Assembly: GCA_035545935.1 (NCBI GenBank)
Contig: DASZXP010000227.1
Location: 655-64,654, forward strand
Reading direction: 5' to 3'
DNA from: Puia sp.
GTDB lineage: Bacteria; Bacteroidota; Bacteroidia; Chitinophagales; Chitinophagaceae
Length of the DNA: 64,000 bases
Shown: positions 45,967 through 54,714 of the stretch, one piece after another
Numbering within the stretch: the first letter of the stretch is position 1
Layout of the letters: each line of letters starts with the position of its first letter
The notes under the pieces: model-generated
What the model saw: the letters and a program-made list of their open reading frames with translations, nothing else
What the model was told of the DNA's origin: nothing
Database searches by the model: none
Program-made: the position numbers and the translations under genes

Positions 45967-46557
45967 ATGTTAGAGGCCTTAAAACAATACATATCCGGCT
46001 TTGTTTCGTTGACGAACGAGGAGTTTGCGCTGCTGGCGAATAAGCTGGTGATCCGCAACTTTGACAAACGGGAGCAGCTGCTCGGGGCCGGCGAGGTGGA
46101 AATCTATCTGAATTTCGTCGTAAAAGGCCTGGTGCGCAAATACTTTTACAAGGGTCGGACGGAGATCGTTACACAAATAGCGAAGGAAGGAGAGTTCGTC
46201 AATTCCTCCGCCTCTTTTTTATCCGGCTCCCCTTCGCCCTACCTGGTGGAGACGCTGGAACCTTCGACCTTTTTGTCCATTACCCGCGACCAGCTGGAAA
46301 AGCTCTACGAGGACAACCCTCGCATAGAAAGGCTGGGCCGTATCACCATTACACATTTATTTCTGCAACGGGAAGAATGGGAGCATGAATGTCTCAGGCT
46401 GGACACCCGGGAAAGGTTCCTTCGATTTGTAGAAAATAATCCGGACCTGATGCAAAGGGTCCCGCAGAAATACCTGGCCTCATACCTGAATATGAAGCCG
46501 GAGACCTTCAGTCGTCTGAAACACCTGTTGCAACGACCGCGGACCGCCACCCGGTAG
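45967..46557 (+). CDS. Crp/Fnr family protein (short Bacteroidota type)
   Basis: cNMP-binding fold (FVVKGLVRKY) and PQKYLASYLNMKPETFSRLK. TTG start. Confidence 0.88.
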   Translation: MLEALKQYISGFVSLTNEEFALLANKLVIRNFDKREQLLGAGEVEIYLNFVVKGLVRKYFYKGRTEIVTQIAKEGEFVNSSASFLSGSPSPYLVETLEPSTFLSITRDQLEKLYEDNPRIERLGRITITHLFLQREEWEHECLRLDTRERFLRFVENNPDLMQRVPQKYLASYLNMKPETFSRLKHLLQRPRTATR

Positions 46558-46558
46558 A

Positions 46559-46575
46559 ACGAGCCGGAGGCTCGT
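46559..46575. repeat. REP-like 17-bp hairpin copy
   Basis: ACGAGCC-GGA-GGCTCGT preceded by GTAGA; identical to 63700-63716. Confidence 0.8.
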
Positions 46576-46601
46576 CGAAGGACATACATAAATGACTATA
46601 C

Positions 46602-47237
46602 ATGGGTAAACAAAAGTCCTCTTATAAGACCGCCCTGGATGGATTACACCACTATCTTTCCAGGTACTTTCCTATTTCACGGACGGAATTCCAGCACCTA
46701 TTGCCGTATATCGAGATCAGGGAATACGATAAAAAAGCAAAGGTGACAAAAGAGGGCGAGGTCGAACGTTATTTCAACATCATTGCCCGTGGGCTGGTGC
46801 GCAAATACCTCCCGCTCAAAAATGGGGAGCAGACCATTCAGCTGGCGGTGGAAGGGCATATCATTCATTCGGAACTTTCCTTCTTTTACCGTACACCCTC
46901 GGCCAGCGTCGTGGAGACCATAGAACCCACTGTCTTTCTTTCCATCAGCTATGAAAGCCTGGAACAGCTCTACAGCAAACAACCCAAATTCGAGCGGCTG
47001 GGTAGACTGATCATAACGGATCTCTTTGTCAGAAAGGACCATCGGTATTTCGATCAGCTGCGGAAGAATACGCGGGAACGCTTCCTGGATTACATAAAGA
47101 CCCACTCTCATATGTTGCAGCGGGTGCCGCAGAAATATATAGCGAGCTATCTCAACATCAAACCCGAGACCTTTAGCAGGCTAAAGCACCTGATGCGCCC
47201 CAGGAATGTCCGAAAAACGGGTCCGGAGGAAAAATAA
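46602..47237 (+). CDS. Crp/Fnr family protein, tandem paralog
   Basis: IIARGLVRKY and PQKYIASYLNIKPETFSRLK. Confidence 0.88.
   Translation: MGKQKSSYKTALDGLHHYLSRYFPISRTEFQHLLPYIEIREYDKKAKVTKEGEVERYFNIIARGLVRKYLPLKNGEQTIQLAVEGHIIHSELSFFYRTPSASVVETIEPTVFLSISYESLEQLYSKQPKFERLGRLIITDLFVRKDHRYFDQLRKNTRERFLDYIKTHSHMLQRVPQKYIASYLNIKPETFSRLKHLMRPRNVRKTGPEEK
47205..47222 (+). repeat. 18-bp direct repeat, copy 2
   Basis: AATGTCCGAAAAACGGGT in the last codons of the second Crp gene. Confidence 0.75.
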
Positions 47238-47244
47238 CCCGTTA

Positions 47245-49128
47245 TCAGAGGTTGACGATCAGCACCGGTATCTTCAGAGCATGCCGCACCGCATCCACCG
47301 TTTGTCCATAGATAAAATCCTGCAGACCGCGATGACCATGGGCGCCGATGACCAGCATATCCGCCTTTTGTTCCTTGGCTATACGGGCGATCTCGCGGCT
47401 GCGATGCCGGAATCCCAACGCCGTCACACTACGGTAGCCTTTTTTTATCAGCGCATCCCGGTAATGATCCAATCTTTCCTGGTCCCTTCGCGTCTCGAAA
47501 TCATCGCTCTCTTTACCCAGCATATGGGCGGAAGCGCTCTCCACTACATGGATCAGCAGGTACTCGCCATCTTTTCCACCCTGCGCCAGGGCATAGGCCA
47601 GCAGTTTTTCGTCATGCGCGCTGAAGTCCAGGGCAACAGCGATATTCCGGAATGCCGGCGGGGTCCACTCCGCCAGGGGGCCCGGTTGAGGGTGGAGCAG
47701 GGTAGTAGCCTTCCGGGGCTGCCGGGTGAGCCAGGGATGAAGGATGATATAGCCCAGGAGCAGCAGGGCGCCGATGCTCCCGATGATAATGCCCAGCTTG
47801 GCGATAAAGTACCCTGTCTGGCCGAAGAGCGGGCTGGCTTCCTCCACCACCAGCTTTACGTTCAGGTATACCAGCAAGCTGGCGATCGCCCAGGCCAGGG
47901 CCCTTATAAGGGGACTGGCGACAAATTCTCCCATGGTGGTCTTGTCACTGACAAAATGGATAAGGGGAATGATGGCAAACCCCAGCTGTACGCTTAGAAT
48001 GACCTGGCTAAGCACCAGCAGGTTATCCACGGCGCCTTCTCCTATCAACAGGATGACGATGACAGCCGGTATGATGGCCAGCAGACGGGTCAGCAATCGC
48101 CTCAGCCAGGGATTGATACGCAAATGCAGATACCCTTCCATGACGATCTGCCCTGCCAGGGTGCCGGTGATCGTAGAGCTTTGCCCGGCGGCGATCAGGG
48201 CGATGGCAAACAGCTTGGGCGCCAGGTCCGTGCCCAGCATGGGCAGCAGACGGTGGGCTTCTTTGATGGAGGCCACATCCGTCCGGCCCGTTTTGAAAAA
48301 GACGGTGGCCGCCAGCACCAGGATGGCCGCGTTGACGAAAAAGGCGAGATTTAAGGCGATGGTACTATCTAAGAAATTGATCTTTAGCGCCTTCCGTATA
48401 TGGTTGGCCCCTGGCTGGATCTTACGGGTCTGTACGAGGGCCGAATGGAGATACAGGTTATGAGGCATCACGGTAGCGCCGATGATCCCGATGGCGATAT
48501 AAAGGGCCTCTTTCCCCTGCAGGATGGGGACCAGGCCGGTGGCGACCTCTTTCAGGTCGGGTTTTGCCAGCACGATCTCTATAAGAAAAGACAGCCCCAC
48601 GATCCCGATAAGCCCGATGATAAATGCTTCCATCCTCCGCATACCCAGGTTTTGCAGGAAAAGAAGGAGAAAAGTATCCAGCACCGTGATACATACGCCG
48701 TAGATCAGGGGAAGACCCGTCAGCAGCTGGATACCGATGGCCATACCCAGCACTTCGGCCAGATCGCAGGCCGCAATGGCGATCTCCGCCAGTATATACA
48801 AGGTAATGTTGACATAGCCAGGGTATACTTCCCGATTGGCCTGGGCCAGATCCCTGCCGCGGACGATACCCAGGCGGGCTGACAGGTTTTGGAGAAGAAT
48901 GGCCATGCCATTGCTCATCAACAGCACCCAGATAAGGGAATAGCCGAACTTACTGCCTCCCGCCAGGTCGGTAGCCCAGTTGCCCGGGTCCATATATCCT
49001 ACGCTGACCAGGTACGCCGGACCGAAAAAAACAAAAACCTGCTTCCACCAGGGCCCTCGGGTCATAGTAGTATCCACGCTGCCGTGCACTTCACTTAAAC
49101 TGACATCCTTTTGAAATCTATTCATCAT
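47245..49128 (-). CDS. mntH: Nramp Mn(II) transporter with C-terminal USP domain
   Basis: GYMDPGNWATD, GATVMPHNLYLHS and GQSSTITGT motifs, then IAVALDFS...ADMLVIGAHGHRG. Confidence 0.93.
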   Translation of the reverse strand: MMNRFQKDVSLSEVHGSVDTTMTRGPWWKQVFVFFGPAYLVSVGYMDPGNWATDLAGGSKFGYSLIWVLLMSNGMAILLQNLSARLGIVRGRDLAQANREVYPGYVNITLYILAEIAIAACDLAEVLGMAIGIQLLTGLPLIYGVCITVLDTFLLLFLQNLGMRRMEAFIIGLIGIVGLSFLIEIVLAKPDLKEVATGLVPILQGKEALYIAIGIIGATVMPHNLYLHSALVQTRKIQPGANHIRKALKINFLDSTIALNLAFFVNAAILVLAATVFFKTGRTDVASIKEAHRLLPMLGTDLAPKLFAIALIAAGQSSTITGTLAGQIVMEGYLHLRINPWLRRLLTRLLAIIPAVIVILLIGEGAVDNLLVLSQVILSVQLGFAIIPLIHFVSDKTTMGEFVASPLIRALAWAIASLLVYLNVKLVVEEASPLFGQTGYFIAKLGIIIGSIGALLLLGYIILHPWLTRQPRKATTLLHPQPGPLAEWTPPAFRNIAVALDFSAHDEKLLAYALAQGGKDGEYLLIHVVESASAHMLGKESDDFETRRDQERLDHYRDALIKKGYRSVTALGFRHRSREIARIAKEQKADMLVIGAHGHRGLQDFIYGQTVDAVRHALKIPVLIVNL

Positions 49129-49780
49129 CTTTTACCAGAACATTTTTTGCCACCTGGGCGCTAAGCGTCACCGGCGGCCGGTTGCGGATCTTTACTTCCA
49201 GGGAATTATCGAAGGGAAATTTTTTACGCACCTCGAGCCGGGTGCCTAATCTTATATTCTTGTGCTGCAGCAGCTCCAGCATCTCCGTCGTTTGACTGGC
49301 AATAGCGGAGACCTGTACCACCTTGTTTAGCGGCAGCTCCGACAAGCTGATCTGCCGGCGCTGCAGGAACCGCCCCTGGCTGTCGGGAATAGGGTCCCCA
49401 TGCGGGTCCGTATCCGGGAACCCCAGGAAAGCATCCAGACGGTCTACCAGCTTCTTGCTGCTGATATGCTCCAGCTCTTCGGCTATCTCATGCACTTCAT
49501 CCCAGCCAAACTGCAATTTTTTTACCAGGAAGTACTCCCAAAGCCGGTGCTTGCGGATCACCTGTATGGCGGCCTTCTTCCCTTCGTTGTTGAGCCGGAA
49601 TCCCTTATACCGCTCGTATATCAACAATTTCTGCTCTTTCAGCTTTTTCAGCATGTCCGTCACAGAGGCCGGACGGGTCTGTAAAGCCGCGGCCAGGGCA
49701 TTGGTCGTAACGATGCCTTGTTCGTGCTGCAGATGAAAAATAGCCTTCAGATGGTTCTCCTTACTGGCTGAAAATTTCAT
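49118..49780 (-). CDS. mntR: DtxR/MntR metal-dependent repressor with FeoA domain
   Basis: ENHLKAIF, ASVTDMLKKL, RKHRLWE, EVHEIAEELEH and DPHGDPIP motifs. Confidence 0.93.
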   Translation of the reverse strand: MKFSASKENHLKAIFHLQHEQGIVTTNALAAALQTRPASVTDMLKKLKEQKLLIYERYKGFRLNNEGKKAAIQVIRKHRLWEYFLVKKLQFGWDEVHEIAEELEHISSKKLVDRLDAFLGFPDTDPHGDPIPDSQGRFLQRRQISLSELPLNKVVQVSAIASQTTEMLELLQHKNIRLGTRLEVRKKFPFDNSLEVKIRNRPPVTLSAQVAKNVLVKDDE

Positions 49781-49781
49781 G

Positions 49782-49819
49782 TTTAAGATTATCTAAAATA
49801 AAATTTAGACAAATCTAAA
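49782..49819. promoter_or_regulatory. Tandem DtxR/MntR-type operators
   Basis: TTTAA-GATTAT-CTAAA (49782-49797) and TTTAG-ACAAAT-CTAAA (49804-49819), 22 bp apart, abutting the mntR ATG. Confidence 0.7.
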
Positions 49820-49911
49820 ATTAAAAATTCATAAATAACAGGAAAAATACTGCCTAATTGGCACGAATGTTTATTTTTAACACTGGTAGTTTATCTCAAT
49901 AGAACCATTGT

Positions 49912-50877
49912 ATGATTAAATCCCTGTTGCTGACGGTATTGACAGGCTTATTTTTCTCCTGCAAGAGTAAACCGACCTCCCTTGCAGGCGAGGACGTCGA
50001 AGTAGATGTACACGACTTCATAGAATATTTCCAACCCATCAAACTGCCTTACCAGGTGACAGACACCATCCTGCGGCGTAAAGAGCAGGAAGCTTCCCTC
50101 ATCAGCTATAGGGTATTTACACAGCTGGTACCGGACTCGGTCCTGACGAAACTATTCGGTAAAGAGCTGAAGCCAAAATTGTATACCGTCGGCCGGGTGA
50201 CGGTGCCCAAGAGCGAATCCTATCTTTTTGTCAAAGCCACCGCCGGGTCCCGCAAAGCCTTGTACATCGTTTGTTTCAGCAAGGCCAATAAATTCGCCGC
50301 CGCCCGCCCCATCCTTTACTCCGACAATGAGTCAGGTGTCAGCGGCATTGCCGCCATGGATGCGAAATACACGCTTACCCTCACCCATCAGCGACGGGCA
50401 TCCGACGGACAGATCTATTTTAAAAGGGACGCCTATATCTTCAACGAGGACAACGGGTTCATGCTGATATTGACAGAATCCAACGAGGCAAAGAACAAGG
50501 TGCCGCCTATCTACAACCCCATCGACACCTTCTCCCGCAAGCATAAGTTCACGGGCGACTATATGCAGGACAAACGCAACATCATTTCTTTCCGTGATGG
50601 GAAAGACCCTTCCCGGATCCTTTTCTTTGTTCATTTCGAAAAGGACGAAGGCGCCTGTAAAGGAGAGCTGAAAGGCGAGGCAAAATTCATATCGGCCAAT
50701 ATGGCGCGCTTCCGGGGGAGCGGAGACCCCTGCACGGTGGATTTTACCTTCGGCTCCTCGGGCGTCACGATGAAGGAACTGGAAGGCTGTGGCAATCACC
50801 GGGATATTAAATGTTTTTTTGAAGGTTATTACGAGCGCCGGGCAGCCGCAAAGGCCAAGGCAAAGAAGAAGAGCTGA
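49912..50877 (+). CDS. Hypothetical lipoprotein
   Basis: 321 aa with lipobox LFFSC, four C-terminal Cys and a Lys-rich tail. No family recognised. Confidence 0.75.
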   Translation: MIKSLLLTVLTGLFFSCKSKPTSLAGEDVEVDVHDFIEYFQPIKLPYQVTDTILRRKEQEASLISYRVFTQLVPDSVLTKLFGKELKPKLYTVGRVTVPKSESYLFVKATAGSRKALYIVCFSKANKFAAARPILYSDNESGVSGIAAMDAKYTLTLTHQRRASDGQIYFKRDAYIFNEDNGFMLILTESNEAKNKVPPIYNPIDTFSRKHKFTGDYMQDKRNIISFRDGKDPSRILFFVHFEKDEGACKGELKGEAKFISANMARFRGSGDPCTVDFTFGSSGVTMKELEGCGNHRDIKCFFEGYYERRAAAKAKAKKKS

Positions 50878-50929
50878 CGCGGGCGGACGTATCCTCCCTC
50901 CGGGCAATTCAATTCACGATTATCCGTTA

Positions 50930-50962
50930 TATTGCGTACCTATTGCGTACCTATTGCGTACC
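50930..50962 (+). repeat. Perfect tandem repeat, 3 x 11 bp
   Basis: (TATTGCGTACC)x3 at 50930, 50941 and 50952, ending 31 nt before glgP. Confidence 0.9.
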
Positions 50963-50993
50963 AGATACATGATAAATACAATTTGGAAGTGCT

Positions 50994-52652
50994 ATGAGTA
51001 GTTTTAGAAATTTTACAGTTCCTTACACGGTAGAAGAACGTTATTCAAAAAAAGTGGCTTATTTCTCGATGGAATTTGCCGTCCACCAACCCCTCAAAAT
51101 ATACAGCGGCGGCCTGGGCTTCCTGGCCGGGTCCCATCTTCGCAGCGCATACGAGCTGCGCCAGAATATGATCAATATCGGCATATTATGGAAATATGGC
51201 TATTATGACCAGGCGCGCAACCAGGATCAGACCTTGCTGGTCACCTGGATGGAAAAACAATACAGCTTCCTGGAGGACACCGGTATAAAGTTCCAGGTCA
51301 ATATACACGAACATCCCGTATGGGTGAAGGTCTGGTATCTCAACCCCGAGACCTTCAAGAGCGCGCCGTTATTCCTGTTGAGTACGGACCTCCCGGAGAA
51401 CGATTATGTTTCACAGACCATCACCCATCGTTTGTACGATGCCAATGTGGCGACGAAGGTCGCGCAGTTCATCCTGCTGGGTGTGGGCGGAGCGAAGCTG
51501 GTGGATGAGCTCGGTTTCAACCCCGACCTTTATCACCTCAACGAAGCGCATGGTATCAGCGCGGCCTTCCATCTCTATCAGAAATACAACCAGGATATAG
51601 AAGAGGTAAGAAAGCGGCTGGTATTCACCACGCATACGCCGGAAGAGGCGGGTAATGAAAAACATGACATCTATCTCTGTCACAAGATGAGCTACTTCTG
51701 CGGTCTTAGCATCGACGAAGTGCGCAAGCTGACGGGCATAGAGGACGATGCATTCAATCATTCCCTGGTGGCCCTGCGTTTTGCGCATCTTGCCAATGGC
51801 GTGTCCAAACTGCACGGAGATGTGGCAAGGGCCATGTGGAGCAAATACAGCAATATCTGCCCGATCATTTCCATCACCAACGCCCAGAACTGGCGGTATT
51901 GGGCGGACAAGGAGCTGTACCGGAAGATGGAGGAAGGCAACGACTACTGGTGGGACGATCGCAAGAAATACATGAAGAAAAGGGCGTTCGAGATCGTCGC
52001 CGATCAGACAGGGAAGGTATTCGATCCCAATATATTCACCATCGTCTGGGCCCGCCGTTTCGCGGGCTATAAAAGAGCGGGATTCCTTACCCGGAACATG
52101 GATAAATTCAACGAGCTTGTCCACGACACGAAACATCCCGTCCAGATCATCTGGGCCGGCAAGCCATACCCGATGGACTATCCCGCGATCAATGAATTCA
52201 ATCATCTCGTTCACCTGAGCAAAGGATATAAGAATGTCGCGGTGGTCATTGGATATGAGATGAGCCTGTCCAAGCGGCTCAAACAAGCGGCGGACTGCTG
52301 GCTGAACAATCCCCGCGTACCCCGTGAAGCATCCGGCACCAGCGGTATGACGGCTGCCATGAATGGGGCTGTCAACTTCTCCACGGATGACGGCTGGATA
52401 CCCGAATTCGTCAACCATGGCAATAACGGATTTGTGATCCCCAAGGCGGATTATGCCAACATGCATGTCGAACAACAGGACGACTATGACTTCGACAAGC
52501 TGTACGAGATGCTGCAGAACGAGATACTTCCATTGTACTATGAAAAATACGATACCTGGCGCCAAATTGCCAAGAACGGTATGCGCGACGTACGCTACCA
52601 GTTCGATGCAGGCCGGATGGCCCATGAGTATTACGAGCTGCTATACAAATAG
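50994..52652 (+). CDS. glgP: Alpha-glucan family phosphorylase (short type)
   Basis: YSGGLGFLAGS, HLNEAH, ARRFAGYKRA and REASGTSGMTA motifs. Confidence 0.92.
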   Translation: MSSFRNFTVPYTVEERYSKKVAYFSMEFAVHQPLKIYSGGLGFLAGSHLRSAYELRQNMINIGILWKYGYYDQARNQDQTLLVTWMEKQYSFLEDTGIKFQVNIHEHPVWVKVWYLNPETFKSAPLFLLSTDLPENDYVSQTITHRLYDANVATKVAQFILLGVGGAKLVDELGFNPDLYHLNEAHGISAAFHLYQKYNQDIEEVRKRLVFTTHTPEEAGNEKHDIYLCHKMSYFCGLSIDEVRKLTGIEDDAFNHSLVALRFAHLANGVSKLHGDVARAMWSKYSNICPIISITNAQNWRYWADKELYRKMEEGNDYWWDDRKKYMKKRAFEIVADQTGKVFDPNIFTIVWARRFAGYKRAGFLTRNMDKFNELVHDTKHPVQIIWAGKPYPMDYPAINEFNHLVHLSKGYKNVAVVIGYEMSLSKRLKQAADCWLNNPRVPREASGTSGMTAAMNGAVNFSTDDGWIPEFVNHGNNGFVIPKADYANMHVEQQDDYDFDKLYEMLQNEILPLYYEKYDTWRQIAKNGMRDVRYQFDAGRMAHEYYELLYK

Positions 52653-52664
52653 TGCTCATACCCC

Positions 52665-52696
52665 CCGAACGGGCCGAGGCTCGTTTTCGGACATTA
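52665..52696. repeat. REP-like hairpin with CGGACATT tail
   Basis: CCGA-ACGGGCC-GA-GGCTCGT-TTTCGGACATT downstream of glgP. Confidence 0.7.
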
Positions 52697-52725
52697 CACC
52701 CGTAGACTACTAAACCTGGAATAAA

Positions 52726-54621
52726 ATGGAAACTCCTATCCTCAAATGGGGACTGATCATTCTGATCCCCTTATTATGCCTGCTCCTATACAAGCTGATC
52801 CTCCGTGTATTTTTCGGAGTGGTCATCGTACCGGAAGATAAAATTGGCCTCGTTAAAAAGAAATTCGTGCTGGTGGGAAAACAATCCCTGCCGGAAGGGC
52901 GTATCATCGCCACCAATGGCGAAGCCGGCTTTCAGGCGCAGACCCTGGCGCCCGGCGTCTATTTCTGGAAATGGTACTGGCAGTACCAGATCACCTTTCA
53001 GGACTTTACCATCGTGCCCACGGGTAAGATCGGCCTGGTGCTGGCGCGTGATGGAGTGGAACTGGAAACGGGTTCGATCCTGGGCCGGAAAGTACCCTGC
53101 GACTCTTTCCAGGATGCGGAAGCATTCCTAAAAAATGGAGGCCGCAAGGGGCGTCAGACGGCGATCATCACACCCGGATCTTTTCGTATCAATACTTTTT
53201 TATTCGACGTAGAGATAACGGATATGGTCAGTGTTCCGGATAATGCAGTGGGCATCGTGACGACACAAGAAGGCAAGTCGCTGGAAGAGGGACAGATCGC
53301 CGGCAAGATCATCAGCGATCATAATAAGTTCCAGGATGTGGACCTATTCCTGAACAATGGAGGATATAAAGGGCTCCAGGAACAGGTGATACTGGCCGGC
53401 ACTTATTTCCTCAACCCCTGGTTTGCCAAAGTGGATATGGTGAAAATGACGGAGATCCCCATCGGTTATGTAGGGGTGGTGATATCCTATGTAGGCAATG
53501 ACGGGGTGGACCTCAGCGGTACGGAATTCAAACATGGGAATATCGTGGCCAAGGGCTCGAAAGGCGTATGGGCAGAACCGTTGGGTCCCGGCAAATATCC
53601 TGTCAATCCATTTATCCTGAAGGTGGAGCTGGTGCCGACGACCAACCTGGTGTTGAACTGGGCCAGCGCACGCAGTGAAGCGCATCAGCTGGATAAGAAC
53701 CTCTCTACGATCACCGTGCGTAGCAAAGATGGATTCCCCTTCAATCTCGACGTCGCCCAGATCATTCATATACCCACCTATGAAGCGCCAAAAGTGATCG
53801 CGCGGTTTGGGAACATGGTCAACCTCGTAAGCCAGGTGCTGGAGCCTACCATCGGCAACTACTTCCGCAATTCGGCGCAGGACAGCGATGTGATCGCCTT
53901 CTTAGGTACGAGAAAGGAAAGACAGGAGTCTGCGAAGGAACATATCGGCCGGGTGCTGGAGCAGTATAACGTATTTGGCGTGGACACGCTGATAGGGGAT
54001 ATCGTACCCCCGGAAAGTTTGATGAAGACCCTCACCGACCGTAAACTGGCCGAAGAGCAAAAGGTCACCTACGAGACGCAGCGCAAGGCGCAGGAGACAA
54101 GACAAAGCCTGGAAAAGGAAACGGCTATCGCCGAAATGCAAAAAGAGATCGTCAAGGCGGACCAGGGCGTGGTCATTGCGGAACGCGTGGCGGATGCATC
54201 GGTAAAGAAAGCCACCGGTGACGCCAACAGCGTTCGTCTCCAGGCCAATGCGGAGGCAGACAGGCTCAAGCTGTTGGCCAGCGGCGAGGCGGAGAAAACA
54301 AGATTGCTGGCAAAGGCCGAGGCCGAGAAGATCGAATGGCTCGCCAAGGCGGATGCGGAGAAAATATCGCTCACGGGTAATGCCGAGGCGGAAAAGACCC
54401 TTGCCATCGGTAAATCCTCGGCAGAGTCCTATAAACTGGCCGTCGAGGCCATGGGCGGCGACAACTTTACCCAGCTCAAAGTAATGGAAGCCATCGGTGC
54501 GCAGCATATCCGGATCATGCCCGACGTGCTCATCGGCGGGGGAGAAGGAGGAAGCCCTATCAATGGGCTCCTGGGACTTCAATTATTGGAACAGCTGCGT
54601 AAAAAGGCAAAAGAAGAATAG
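52726..54621 (+). CDS. SPFH/flotillin-like membrane protein with four N-terminal repeats
   Basis: TM helix, four VP.G.IG.V...G.KG.Q..L.PG.Y..NP units, the SPFH core ITVRSKDGF and 11-residue AEAEK repeats. Confidence 0.88.
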   Translation: METPILKWGLIILIPLLCLLLYKLILRVFFGVVIVPEDKIGLVKKKFVLVGKQSLPEGRIIATNGEAGFQAQTLAPGVYFWKWYWQYQITFQDFTIVPTGKIGLVLARDGVELETGSILGRKVPCDSFQDAEAFLKNGGRKGRQTAIITPGSFRINTFLFDVEITDMVSVPDNAVGIVTTQEGKSLEEGQIAGKIISDHNKFQDVDLFLNNGGYKGLQEQVILAGTYFLNPWFAKVDMVKMTEIPIGYVGVVISYVGNDGVDLSGTEFKHGNIVAKGSKGVWAEPLGPGKYPVNPFILKVELVPTTNLVLNWASARSEAHQLDKNLSTITVRSKDGFPFNLDVAQIIHIPTYEAPKVIARFGNMVNLVSQVLEPTIGNYFRNSAQDSDVIAFLGTRKERQESAKEHIGRVLEQYNVFGVDTLIGDIVPPESLMKTLTDRKLAEEQKVTYETQRKAQETRQSLEKETAIAEMQKEIVKADQGVVIAERVADASVKKATGDANSVRLQANAEADRLKLLASGEAEKTRLLAKAEAEKIEWLAKADAEKISLTGNAEAEKTLAIGKSSAESYKLAVEAMGGDNFTQLKVMEAIGAQHIRIMPDVLIGGGEGGSPINGLLGLQLLEQLRKKAKEE

Positions 54622-54714
54622 ATTAACATTTCGTTGGCGGAGTTGGGAGTCCAATTGCCGAAAATTTTTGTGTATTCCGGCGGATGCCTGCATCTGGTGA
54701 AAAAACGAAACCAT

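Noticed and set aside
47245-49128. Nramp-USP fusion and MoaC-Mog fusion (30806-31756) as novelties
   Set aside because: From memory both architectures are common in Bacteroidota; they are listed as features only.
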